A stretch of DNA of 64,000 nucleotides from Candidatus Hermodarchaeota archaeon (GCA_048885525.1 JBHLLP010000014.1:1-64000), one strand, 5' to 3'; counted from the first letter of the stretch, positions 9,859 through 19,574 are shown. Numbers and translations: made by a program. The notes: a model not told the origin generated them from the sequence alone.

Positions 9859-11262
9859 CTAAAATTGAGATTCATCAATTATAGGCATATCTTTTGAAGC
9901 TAGTGTTTTTTGAATTTCATTAGTAGGTAATTCATAATCTGCTAAATTGCCAGTCATATATTCCTTATAGGCTAACAAATCAAAAAATCCATGACCACTA
10001 AGGTTAAATAAAATTACTTTCTTTTCATTATTTTCTTTAGCTTTCAAAGCTTGATCAATTGTTTCTTTTATTGCATGAGCAGCTTCTGGTGCAGGAAGAA
10101 TTCCTTCAGCTTTTGCAAATTGCAAACCTGCTCTAATTACTTCAGTTTGATGATGCATTGTGGCTCTAATAATTTTTTTATTGTTTAAAATTGAAATAAT
10201 AGGTGCAATTCCATGATATCTTAATCCTCCTGCATGAATTGGACTAGGGATAAATGAATGTCCTAAAGTATGCATCTTAACTATAGGTCCTTTCATTGAT
10301 GAATCTCCATAATCCCATCTATAATCTCCTTTACATACACTTGGACACGCTCGAGGTTCTACACCAATTATTTCAATATTCGGAGTTTTTCCGTTGAGTT
10401 TATCTCTGACAAATGGAATAACCATACCAGCAAAATTAGAACCACCTCCCATACAACCTATTATTATATCTGGTTCTTTAATCCCTACTTTCATCAATTG
10501 AATTTTTGTTTCTTGTCCTATTATTGTTTGATGTAGAAGAACAAAATTTACAACGCTTCCAAGAGAATATTTTATTTTATTACTTCTCATACTATGCTCT
10601 AGTGCTTCTGATATTGCGATACCTAAACTTCCTGGATGTTTAGGATCTTTTTCTAAGAAAGACAATCCGGATTCAGTTAGTTTTGAAGGGCTGGCATGAA
10701 CTTCAGCATTAAAAGATCTCATTAGTATTTTTCTACCCGGTTTTTGCAAAAAACTTGCTCTAACCATATAAACAGAGCATTTTAAACTAAATAGATTACA
10801 TCCATAAGCTAAACCCGAACCCCATTGTCCTGCACCAGTTTCAGTAACTAACTCTTCTGTTCCTTCCATTTTCGCATAATATGCTTGAGTTATAGCAGTA
10901 TTAGGCTTGTGAGAACCTGTAGGAGATAATGATTCATTTTTAAAAAATATTTTAATATTCTCACCTCCTATGCCTAATTCTTTTTCTAAACCTAAAGCAC
11001 GATGAAGAGGACTAGGTCTATATGTATTTGCGAAAATCTCCCTTAATTTATTAGGAATGGGTATCGTAGGCTCTTGAGAGCCTTCTTGAATTACACATTC
11101 TTTAGGAAATATAGCGAATGCCATTTCTGGTGGTGCTGGCTTCCCGTCCATTGGATTAATTAAGGGCGTCATGGGAGTGGGTAAATCTGGTAAAATATTT
11201 ACCCATTCTTTTGGTATTTCATTAGGTTGTAAAACAATTCTTCCATTAAAATAATCTACCAT
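9859..11262 (-). CDS. trpB2: tryptophan synthase beta chain, type 2
   Basis: PTGSHKPNTA (PLP lysine), TETGAGQWGS, GGGSNFAG, HAGGLRYHG and FNLSGHG; no trpA alongside. Confidence 0.95.
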   Translation of the reverse strand: MVDYFNGRIVLQPNEIPKEWVNILPDLPTPMTPLINPMDGKPAPPEMAFAIFPKECVIQEGSQEPTIPIPNKLREIFANTYRPSPLHRALGLEKELGIGGENIKIFFKNESLSPTGSHKPNTAITQAYYAKMEGTEELVTETGAGQWGSGLAYGCNLFSLKCSVYMVRASFLQKPGRKILMRSFNAEVHASPSKLTESGLSFLEKDPKHPGSLGIAISEALEHSMRSNKIKYSLGSVVNFVLLHQTIIGQETKIQLMKVGIKEPDIIIGCMGGGSNFAGMVIPFVRDKLNGKTPNIEIIGVEPRACPSVCKGDYRWDYGDSSMKGPIVKMHTLGHSFIPSPIHAGGLRYHGIAPIISILNNKKIIRATMHHQTEVIRAGLQFAKAEGILPAPEAAHAIKETIDQALKAKENNEKKVILFNLSGHGFFDLLAYKEYMTGNLADYELPTNEIQKTLASKDMPIIDESQF

Positions 11263-11444
11263 TTTATTTACCTTTTTTTAATTTACTTTTACACATCTTA
11301 TAATGTGTTTCATTAACATGTTGGAATTCAACTAAATTAATGCCCATTTAGAAAGAGATTTTAATATTTTGAGAAAACATATTAAAATGAAAAAATAAGA
11401 CTAAATAAGATCCATTGCAAGTGACACTATTGCCACTGCCACGG
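11263..11444 (-). promoter_or_regulatory. structured trpB2 leader, putative attenuator
   Basis: Hairpin 11412-11444 (CCGUGGCAGUGGCA-AUAG-UGUCACUUGCAAUGG) covers Trp codons and the stop. U6 tract at 11390-11395, perfect 10-bp inverted repeat at 11358-11388, further inverted repeats at about 11312-11342 and 11291-11308. Confidence 0.55.
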
Positions 11445-11477
11445 CCACTGCCAATTAATTCTTCTTACAGTTGCCAT
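11427..11477 (-). CDS. putative Trp-rich leader peptide MATVRRINWQWPWQWQ
   Basis: ATG GCA ACT GTA AGA AGA ATT AAT TGG CAG TGG CCG TGG CAG TGG CAA TAG: four Trp codons in the last eight sense codons, same strand as trpB2 and 164 nt upstream of it. Confidence 0.75.
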   Translation of the reverse strand: MATVRRINWQWPWQWQ

Positions 11478-11643
11478 AATTGTAAATAAAAAGGTTATCA
11501 TGTATATTATTTTAAATATATAATCGTAAATAAAAACCTATTTATTTTTCCTTCAAAATATCATGATATTTTAAATTCTATACTTTTTGATATGAATCCA
11601 TTAAAACATAGTTATTAAAAACTGACTATAAAGATAAAGAGAA

Positions 11644-12048
11644 CTAGCGTCCTTCAAAAATTTTATAAAGATTTTTTGCTGCAATTCTCATAACTTTTAC
11701 TGTCTTCATGAGGGTATCAATAATAGTTCCAGCACATACAATCACTAACCTTCCAGCATTAGTTATAACAATATAACCATTTTCAGCCCTCACTATTATC
11801 TCACTTAAATCTTCTTGGAATAAAGTTTGAATTGTTGATTTCCCCGTCATTAATAAAGCACTGGCAAGTCCGCAGAATTGATCACCATCAACATGATATT
11901 GTGGTAAAGCAGAGAAAGCTATTTGATATCCTTCAAAACTTACAAGCGCAATCGCTTCAATATCGGCATTTGAGGTTATAAAAGTAATTTGAGGACTTAT
12001 TTTTTCAATATCCTCTTGATTTATTCCTAAATCAGACCCAAATTGAAT
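11644..12048 (-). CDS. roadblock/LC7 (MglB/LAMTOR-like) protein, probable ATT start
   Basis: The 68-aa track ORF extends in frame to (M)QFGSDLG...DIEAIALVSFEGYQIAFSAL...FCGLASALL. An SD-like AGGTG lies 7 nt before ATT at 12048, with an in-frame TAA just upstream. Confidence 0.8.
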   Translation of the reverse strand: MQFGSDLGINQEDIEKISPQITFITSNADIEAIALVSFEGYQIAFSALPQYHVDGDQFCGLASALLMTGKSTIQTLFQEDLSEIIVRAENGYIVITNAGRLVIVCAGTIIDTLMKTVKVMRIAAKNLYKIFEGR

Positions 12049-12412
12049 AAGTCTACACCTTTAGTGCTTTAAGTTTTTATAAATATTATTATAAATATAA
12101 TAATTTTTATCTTATTATATTTTTATTTTTAACATTTGAAGTTTATTTTAAAGTGAAATATAATTCTCTAACTTTTATTATTTTATGAATTTAATAGAAA
12201 GAATTTTCTCAATAACTTAATTTAATATAAATAAATTTATTCTATTATGTTTCAATCGATTACTTTATTTACTGTTCAAAAGTAAATTTTAATATTTTAT
12301 AATCTTAACAATATTTAAAACACCCTTTGAATTTTTTAAAGGTTTGAGAATAATTACATAGTATTTATGCTCTATTGATTTAATAATTAGGAATTATTTA
12401 TAAAAATTAATT

Positions 12413-14719
12413 ATGATAACAACACGAGAATCGATAAGTTACCAATTTTCATTGATATTTGGATATTCATCCCCAGATGACGTTATTGCTGGAGATGTAA
12501 TTGGTCCCGGGAAATTAACAAGAAAAAAAGTAAATGAACTTTCCAAAGAAGTCATTAAATACTTAACAATGTACAATGCAATTTTAAGGGATTACGCTGG
12601 AGCAGAAGTATTTAGTATAGAGTTTGAATTATACAACTTTGATGAAAAAAGTGCTCGAATTAATATTTATCCCCAATCAATGATTTTTATACCTGGAAAA
12701 TTTAAAGATTGTGAAAGTTTACTGCTTGCTTTAAAACCAGAATCTGGAGTTTTAGATATACACAAATCTAGAGAATCACTGAACAATATAAGTAAATTAT
12801 TTTTTGAAGTAGAGGAGTTCACTAATCGTCCAGAATTAAAGAAAGAAGAAAAACAACTGGTTTTTAACAAATTTGCCTCTAGATTTAGTAAAAAACTCTT
12901 TGGAGAACTCATAGAAGACAAATGGAATAAAAAACTAATTGGTATAAGTAAAGCTCTCCCAACAGAAAAGGACATGTTGAATATATATGCAAAAATTATA
13001 ACTGACATTGAAGTATTATGGTCTAAAAAACCTATGGAGATCAATTTATTAAATCCAAAATTACAGAAGATTAAGACTCCATTCGAAGGACAGCAAGCTA
13101 TTGAACATCTTAAATATTCAATATCAGAACCAAGTGTTAATTTTATCGTTGATAAAACTTTAAAATTAGGAACTAATCTCATTAATTTAGCAAATACGGG
13201 AACTTTAGATGAAACTCAAGATGAAGTAGTACTTTTTATTATCGATTATATAAGTAAAAAAACCAAAGAAATTAGCGATTTTTATACTGCTGAATGGTTA
13301 ATCTCCAAAATAAACAATTGGTTAATCGATCTACAAGGATATTTGAATAAATTCTTAGAATATTCTAGAAATTTTCTTAATACAGGAGAAATAGGAAATC
13401 TAGATGAACTACTCAACAAATTTGAACATTATATTTTAAATATAGGAAAATTAGAAAGTGTAGATTTTAATGATATCTGTAAAATAGCAAAAAAATATAT
13501 TGAAGAGACATTAATTCAAAAACAAAGTTTGCGAATAATAGAATTGAGTTCAGTTTTCAATTATTTTACTGAAATTATCAAAAAAAATCTTGAATTAATA
13601 AGAATTTCTCTCCCTAAATATCTTTCTTATCGCAGATTAAAAACTCTGACAATGACATTAATCGAAAACTTACATAAAAAGTTTAATAATGAACAAAAAC
13701 CAGCAAAAATTTTAGGTCAGAAATTAATAGGAGAATTTAAAGCTTATATTTTTAATCAGATTGAAACTCATTCATTTCTATTAAAGAAGGAAGTTAAATA
13801 TAACGAAAAAGAACTCATAAATGAATTTATTCAATTAATCGATCAAAATATTAATGATTTCTTTAACAATATAAAGTTGAAAATAGATGATTTGGTAGTT
13901 TTTGCCGAAATTCAAATGGAAACCAATACAAAAATAATAAAGGAACATTTAGATAAATTCAGAAAATATTCAAGAGAATTACATTTTCTATTGAGTTATG
14001 TTTTGAGACATTCTACAATTAATCGTTATATCAAAGAGGAACCTGATCAAGAAATTAGTGATCCTGTGACATTTTCAAATAGATTTTATAGGTTTTTAGA
14101 AAAAAGAATAGGTGGAATAAACTTGGAATGGAAATTCTATGTATTAGAGTGGATAAGAGACTATTCCAAGAAATTTCTTAAACCTGAAGAACAAAAGATA
14201 TGGACATTAACTGAAATTTATCATGATTTTGTAGGATATTTTGAAGAGAGAGAATCAGAAGAGCAACAAGTTGAAAATTTTTTACCATTCTTAGATCAGT
14301 ATATTACAAAACTTTCTGATATTGGAGAAAAAAATGTATTACTTGATTTTTATAAAAAATTTGCATATAGTTTGGATATTACCATAGAATTTCCAAAATA
14401 TGTTAAAAATAATATTAAAAATGAGCTGAACAGTCTCAATCCTCAATCAGAAAAAAATATCCCTTTTAATTATTTTAGTCTAAATGAAAATGAGTCATTC
14501 TATAATTATGTCAAGAATATGGAATTAAAATACTTCTCAAAATTAATACCAAGGCCATCAACTGTGACTTTAAAACATATTTTAACAAACGAAGAAAAAG
14601 AACTATTTAAAGGAGACCTTTTTCATATAATTGATTTCAAATTCTGGCATAATAATGCTCGATTCGAATTATCAGATAATTTTAAAGAAGTTTATCGAGA
14701 ATGGGTGAAAGATCTATGA
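12413..14719 (+). CDS. large hypothetical protein, mostly alpha-helical
   Basis: 768-aa ORF, no motif recognised. Confidence 0.7.
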   Translation: MITTRESISYQFSLIFGYSSPDDVIAGDVIGPGKLTRKKVNELSKEVIKYLTMYNAILRDYAGAEVFSIEFELYNFDEKSARINIYPQSMIFIPGKFKDCESLLLALKPESGVLDIHKSRESLNNISKLFFEVEEFTNRPELKKEEKQLVFNKFASRFSKKLFGELIEDKWNKKLIGISKALPTEKDMLNIYAKIITDIEVLWSKKPMEINLLNPKLQKIKTPFEGQQAIEHLKYSISEPSVNFIVDKTLKLGTNLINLANTGTLDETQDEVVLFIIDYISKKTKEISDFYTAEWLISKINNWLIDLQGYLNKFLEYSRNFLNTGEIGNLDELLNKFEHYILNIGKLESVDFNDICKIAKKYIEETLIQKQSLRIIELSSVFNYFTEIIKKNLELIRISLPKYLSYRRLKTLTMTLIENLHKKFNNEQKPAKILGQKLIGEFKAYIFNQIETHSFLLKKEVKYNEKELINEFIQLIDQNINDFFNNIKLKIDDLVVFAEIQMETNTKIIKEHLDKFRKYSRELHFLLSYVLRHSTINRYIKEEPDQEISDPVTFSNRFYRFLEKRIGGINLEWKFYVLEWIRDYSKKFLKPEEQKIWTLTEIYHDFVGYFEERESEEQQVENFLPFLDQYITKLSDIGEKNVLLDFYKKFAYSLDITIEFPKYVKNNIKNELNSLNPQSEKNIPFNYFSLNENESFYNYVKNMELKYFSKLIPRPSTVTLKHILTNEEKELFKGDLFHIIDFKFWHNNARFELSDNFKEVYREWVKDL

Positions 14720-17103
14720 TAAGCGGAGTAAAAAGAAAAACAACAGCAGTAGAAAGTACATTTAGATTCTTTCAAACTGTTGATTTAATAATCTCTCATT
14801 TTAAAAGAGAAGCTGATAAGAATAAAATCTTTGAACTTATCAGTCAGATAACAAGCTTTAATGATTTACTAATAGCTACCGCAACTATTCATATATATCA
14901 CAGCTTAGGAATCAGAGTTCAAAAGCATTTGGATGTTAACAGATTTACCTATGATTCCACAAAGAATTTAGAGTTAGCAGAAAAAAAAATGTTAATTGAG
15001 GAAATTGATTCTTTATTGAAGGATTCATTAAGTTTAGAGGTAAATCTTCTCAATAAAATAATTGATTTAGAAAATAGATTTATTTCCTTTTTGATTGAAG
15101 AACAAAGTGAACAACGTTCAAAAATTCAAAAAGAGAAAACTTTAAAGGATATTGAGACTCAAATTGAGCAAGAACTACAAGAAATCATATTAAATTATCC
15201 CCAATTCTACTTCTATGATTTAATAGGAGATTTGATTGGACTTAATAACGCTGTAAAAAAAGAAATCTTAGAGGAAAGTGCAGCTTTTAAGGATATTTCT
15301 GTTGAATTAGAAAAAAAATTGGAGTTAGAAGAAAAAGAAGATAAATTCATAGAATTAGCAACTCTAAATAGATTAATAGAAAAGATTCAGACTGATTTTG
15401 AGTTTAAGTCATATAAAGAATTACAAATCGAAGCAATGCCTGTAAGAATGATAAAGCGAAAGATATTAAACTACAATTTTAATAGATTTCCTATTTCCAT
15501 ACCTGGATTGAAGGCATTAATGGAAGCGAATAATTTAAAAAAAGATCTTATTTATAAAATTGAAAATGCTCTTATCGAAAAAATCGATTATGATCAATTT
15601 GAAGCAAAAATCATTAGTTTTTTGAAATTTGCATTAATTAAAAAATTAAAAGAAAATCCAAATGATTTTATTTATTTTCTACAAAGTATAAATGAATGTA
15701 GTTTCGATGATATAATCTATACACTACAAACTTATGGAGTTTACAATATTATATATTTCTTAGATATTGATGAAGAATTATCTGAAAAAGTAAAAAAAAA
15801 TATGGTTAGATACAATATTGAAAAACTTGATATTGTATCTTTAAATGATGATAACCAGAATCTACTTCATTTAGCAAAAAAGGCAATCTCGGAGTTATAT
15901 ATTCAAGATATCAGAGGAATTATGGAAAAAAAAGAATTTGATTTGATAGAGATATTAAATCAAGAAATTCAAAAATATCCAAAGTTGTTAAGAATATTAG
16001 AAGAGAAAACTGGAACAAATATTAATAATTTAAATCAATACGTTAGAAAGAAAATAGTTATTGATAAAGTTTTCATAAATGAGTTAAAAATTAAAAATTA
16101 TTCTCATCTATTGTTTATTCTCGAGTTCGAAGAAATTATTAATAAGCTAGCAAAAGACATTTTTTTCTACATTTTATCCAAAATTCTAAGGCAGCTAAGC
16201 AGAATAATAGAAGTATATTTTAAGGTTTCAAATGACAGATCTTTAATTTTATTAGCATTAAAGAAAATAGAAGGGATAACCGAATCAGAAGAATGGATTA
16301 AAATTAAACTTGAAGAATTAATCATTAAACGATTATGCAAAAGGCAAGAAGAACTAGTTATTGTGTTTAATGCAAATAATCAACCATTTTTAGTCAATGG
16401 GTTCATTTTTGCACGATTGATGGAAATATCATTAAAAGACGCTACTTCAGAATTGAAAAATAATCTGAGTCCAATTTATAAAGGTATAGCTCAATTAAAG
16501 TTGAAATCTGATATAATTTCTCCTATTTCATATTGCTTAGGATATGATATAATCAAAAGATTTGAAAAATTTGAAAAAAGTCGGAAATCAGAAGTAGAAC
16601 GGATAATCGAATCAAAACAAAAATTAAAAGAAGAGAAAGCAAAAAAAGTACGTGAGGAACAAAAACTTAGCACATTAAATTGGATTGAACGTAGGATTAC
16701 AAGTTCATTAATGAGAATTAATAGTCCAGGGATTAACCCAAATCAGTTATATTGGCAAGAAAAGGATTTAAAAATAGCAACTGATAACATCAAGCTTCAT
16801 AGTGAACTAAAAGGTGATCCAATTGAGTTGGTAAGTCAATTTTTTGATTTTGCTATAGAAAAGATTAGAAATTTTACTGTAGATATAAAATTGCCTGATT
16901 ATGAAAAAATTAAGACTATTGTGAATACTATTGCTGAAAAAGCATTAATAAAAAGACTTAATAGAAGTCCCACTCCCGAAGAAAAAAGAAATTTACTTGA
17001 TGGGGAAAGATATGAAATTGGAAATCAAATTGCCAGAAAAATTGGTGATCTATTAGATAAAGCCTTATATACAAAATTTAAAAGTAGACAAAAATCTCAT
17101 TAA
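14716..17103 (+). CDS. large hypothetical helical/coiled-coil protein
   Basis: ORF of about 795 aa; ATG at 14716 overlaps the upstream TGA (ATGA coupling). Confidence 0.7.
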   Translation: MISGVKRKTTAVESTFRFFQTVDLIISHFKREADKNKIFELISQITSFNDLLIATATIHIYHSLGIRVQKHLDVNRFTYDSTKNLELAEKKMLIEEIDSLLKDSLSLEVNLLNKIIDLENRFISFLIEEQSEQRSKIQKEKTLKDIETQIEQELQEIILNYPQFYFYDLIGDLIGLNNAVKKEILEESAAFKDISVELEKKLELEEKEDKFIELATLNRLIEKIQTDFEFKSYKELQIEAMPVRMIKRKILNYNFNRFPISIPGLKALMEANNLKKDLIYKIENALIEKIDYDQFEAKIISFLKFALIKKLKENPNDFIYFLQSINECSFDDIIYTLQTYGVYNIIYFLDIDEELSEKVKKNMVRYNIEKLDIVSLNDDNQNLLHLAKKAISELYIQDIRGIMEKKEFDLIEILNQEIQKYPKLLRILEEKTGTNINNLNQYVRKKIVIDKVFINELKIKNYSHLLFILEFEEIINKLAKDIFFYILSKILRQLSRIIEVYFKVSNDRSLILLALKKIEGITESEEWIKIKLEELIIKRLCKRQEELVIVFNANNQPFLVNGFIFARLMEISLKDATSELKNNLSPIYKGIAQLKLKSDIISPISYCLGYDIIKRFEKFEKSRKSEVERIIESKQKLKEEKAKKVREEQKLSTLNWIERRITSSLMRINSPGINPNQLYWQEKDLKIATDNIKLHSELKGDPIELVSQFFDFAIEKIRNFTVDIKLPDYEKIKTIVNTIAEKALIKRLNRSPTPEEKRNLLDGERYEIGNQIARKIGDLLDKALYTKFKSRQKSH

Positions 17104-17266
17104 AGAAATCGAAAACTTTACCAAAATTAAATTCTAAGAATTATTTATATAACTTATTTATTTTGAAAGCATAATTTTAGACATTTTTTAGGAAATAATA
17201 AAAGTATTAAATTAGTTATTATTTACTCTATTTAAAAACAATTATCAAAATAAGGATTATATTCTA

Positions 17267-17542
17267 ATGGCCTCAGTTTTTTCCTTTATTAAAAAAGAGT
17301 TAATATATTTAAAAGATTCTTTTTCTGAAATTATTAAAGGCATTATTCTCGTAGTTTTTGCCACTTCGGGGCTAATATTTTCTATTTCACTTAGAATTTT
17401 AGGATATAATGGCACAATAATCACATTTTTTGGGATTCTTGCAGAATTTATTACATTAGTCCTTTGTTATTTCTTTTTTCGGAAATATTTGAAATCAGAG
17501 GAAAAAACTGAACGATCTCAACTAAAAGGAAAGAAAGACTAA
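17267..17542 (+). CDS. small two-TM membrane protein
   Basis: Two hydrophobic helices. Confidence 0.55.
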   Translation: MASVFSFIKKELIYLKDSFSEIIKGIILVVFATSGLIFSISLRILGYNGTIITFFGILAEFITLVLCYFFFRKYLKSEEKTERSQLKGKKD

Positions 17543-17551
17543 CTAATATTT

Positions 17552-18274
17552 TTATATAAATTCTTCCCAAGGTCTATCGTTGATTCGCTGTGAGATTAAA
17601 TATTCTTTAATGTCTATTTTTAATAAATTCGGATCATATTCCCAAGCACCATGTCTATTAAATGAAATACATCTAATATTTTGAATATTTAATTTTGATT
17701 TAATTAAAAATCCATACATTGAAACTTGTGGTATAGAAACCAAAAAATTACCCTCAGGTTTATAATCAATTACTTTAACAACATCATTTTGAATTTCAAT
17801 TAAATCAATATGACCTGTAATTACTTTTTTTTTTTCTTCATTCCAAATTGGAACTTCTATAGCTATTGCATCCTTATCTTTTATTAAAATATTTTTTAAT
17901 ATGGGATCGTGTCCTGGTACACCTAAAAAATTATTTGTTCGATAAATTTCATAAACCTTTTGAGCATATTTAGGTAATTTTGAATTAGAATCATGATATT
18001 GAATTTTACCGGATCTAATAAGATTTTTACTAAAACTCCTAATAAAAGCTGGTTTAATACCTTTAATTTTAAATTTGGATACTCTTGGAAATTGTTTTGA
18101 ATTAAATAAATCGTTAGGGATTAATCCTTCATAAGTTTTTTTAAAATGTTCTTTTAGTTTATTTAATTCTTCTATATTAGCAGTTATTTGAGAGTATTTT
18201 TCTTTATGGTGTTTTTTATTCCAATTAAAGGAATAAGGAATATTTTGATGAATAAAAACTTTTCTTTTAAGCAA
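17552..18274 (-). CDS. PD-(D/E)XK nuclease family protein
   Basis: AIEVPIW...GHIDLI...VIDYKP...QVSMY, matching RecB/Cas4-like nuclease motifs. Confidence 0.75.
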   Translation of the reverse strand: MLKRKVFIHQNIPYSFNWNKKHHKEKYSQITANIEELNKLKEHFKKTYEGLIPNDLFNSKQFPRVSKFKIKGIKPAFIRSFSKNLIRSGKIQYHDSNSKLPKYAQKVYEIYRTNNFLGVPGHDPILKNILIKDKDAIAIEVPIWNEEKKKVITGHIDLIEIQNDVVKVIDYKPEGNFLVSIPQVSMYGFLIKSKLNIQNIRCISFNRHGAWEYDPNLLKIDIKEYLISQRINDRPWEEFI

Positions 18275-18743
18275 GATTAATACTCTCTTAGAATTTACTA
18301 AATCTTGATAATATAATAAATATAAGTCTTAAAGTAAATTAAAGAATTTGATTTATTAAAAGAGATATGTTAACAATTTATTAATTTATTAGGAAGAGTT
18401 ATCTCAATTTATCTGATATATATTGATATCAAGCTAATATTAAAAGAATTTATACAAATTTAATTAATTAAATATTTTCTTATTTTGAAATGTTTTGCTA
18501 ATAGCAAAATTTCTGATAGATTCCTATTGATTGGGATTTAAATTTATAGAATTCTTTTAATTCCTTAAAAAATTTTGTGTAGAATTATTAAGATTAAACA
18601 GTATTAAAAATATGGTGTTTAATAAAAAATTAGGGTTTTTATATCAAGATTCAATTTATCGTTAAAATCTATATATTTTAAGATTGAGGTTTGTATTAAA
18701 GTAAAAATATTTAAAGAATTAAGTAAAAGGAGATATTTAATCA

Positions 18744-19229
18744 ATGGAAAAAGACATTAAAAACGATAATTCGAAAAAGAAAATCAAAGTTGAGGATAAA
18801 GAGGGCTTAACATTAACCTATTGTAAAGAAGATTTTCTTAAAAAATTCCCTCACTTAATAAGGGAAGTGGCCGAAAACATAAAATCAATAAAAATAAATT
18901 CAATTAATTCTCAAATTGAGTGTAATTTTGAAGAAGAACAACCAAAATCGAAAAATTTCTACCCAAATGAATTATATAATCCTGGAGCGATTGATTTTAT
19001 TAGAAGATGTTCAAAAATAGAGGAAGTAATTGAGATTTTAGACTATTTAATGAATAGAGATGAAATTACTGAAGAAGATTATAATAAGTATAAAGATATA
19101 ATTTCACAAGAAGGAGGTTTGGACCGGCTTATTAACGAGAGTGGTGGTCCAAAACATCCGGGATATTATTTAAAAAAGTATTATAAAAAGGACATTAAAA
19201 ATGAAAAAATAAATAGTAAAGAGGATTAA
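18744..19229 (+). CDS. DUF2095 family protein
   Basis: FPHL..E and YNPGAIDFIRRC...EVIEILDYL...EIT, with GYY near the C-terminus. Confidence 0.75.
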   Translation: MEKDIKNDNSKKKIKVEDKEGLTLTYCKEDFLKKFPHLIREVAENIKSIKINSINSQIECNFEEEQPKSKNFYPNELYNPGAIDFIRRCSKIEEVIEILDYLMNRDEITEEDYNKYKDIISQEGGLDRLINESGGPKHPGYYLKKYYKKDIKNEKINSKED

Positions 19230-19237
19230 TATCATAT

Positions 19238-19310
19238 GACAAATGATGAACTTATGACAAAGTTAGCTACTTGCTCGGTAGCAATGACGTTGTCGCCCCA
19301 AACTGATGTC
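19238..19310 (+). ncRNA. box C/D guide sRNA, predicted to guide 23S rRNA Gm2251 (E. coli numbering)
   Basis: Box C ATGATGA at 19243-19249, box D CTGA at 19303-19306, terminal stem GACA/TGTC, internal stem GCTAC/GTAGC followed by C'-like ATGACG. The D guide TGTCGCCCCA is complementary to P-loop UGGGGCGRCA. Confidence 0.8.
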
Positions 19311-19328
19311 TTAACTTATTAATACCTA

Positions 19329-19574
19329 TTATTCTAATCTTTTTCGAAAAAAAACTCCTTTCTCTGTTAAAAAATATTCATTATCATTTTTTTTTATGAG
19401 ACCTAAATCAATTAAAACTGGAAGTCTCCCATTTATGCATGAAATTGGTAACCCAGAAAATAATTTAATCATCTCGTAATTTTTTGCCCCATTATAGATA
19501 GCAACAAGTATTTCAATTCCCATATAACCTATAACATTTTTTAGATCTTCAACGGTGTCTTCATCGTAAGGCAT
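19329..19574 (-). CDS. small winged helix-turn-helix protein
   Basis: RLPVLIDLGLI...YFLTEKG wing motif. Confidence 0.7.
   Translation of the reverse strand: MPYDEDTVEDLKNVIGYMGIEILVAIYNGAKNYEMIKLFSGLPISCINGRLPVLIDLGLIKKNDNEYFLTEKGVFFRKRLE

Noticed and set aside
11427-11455. TGGCAG/TGGCCG hexamer run treated as a simple tandem repeat or CRISPR remnant
   Set aside because: No spacers; better explained as the Trp-X codons of the leader peptide
17552-18274. PD-(D/E)XK nuclease as Cas4 or as a mobile-element marker
   Set aside because: No Fe-S cysteine set, and no cas genes, array, terminal repeats or integrase nearby
18275-18743. Long AT-rich intergenic region as possible ncRNA or origin
   Set aside because: No GC-rich stems, boxes or convincing repeats; consistent with divergent promoters
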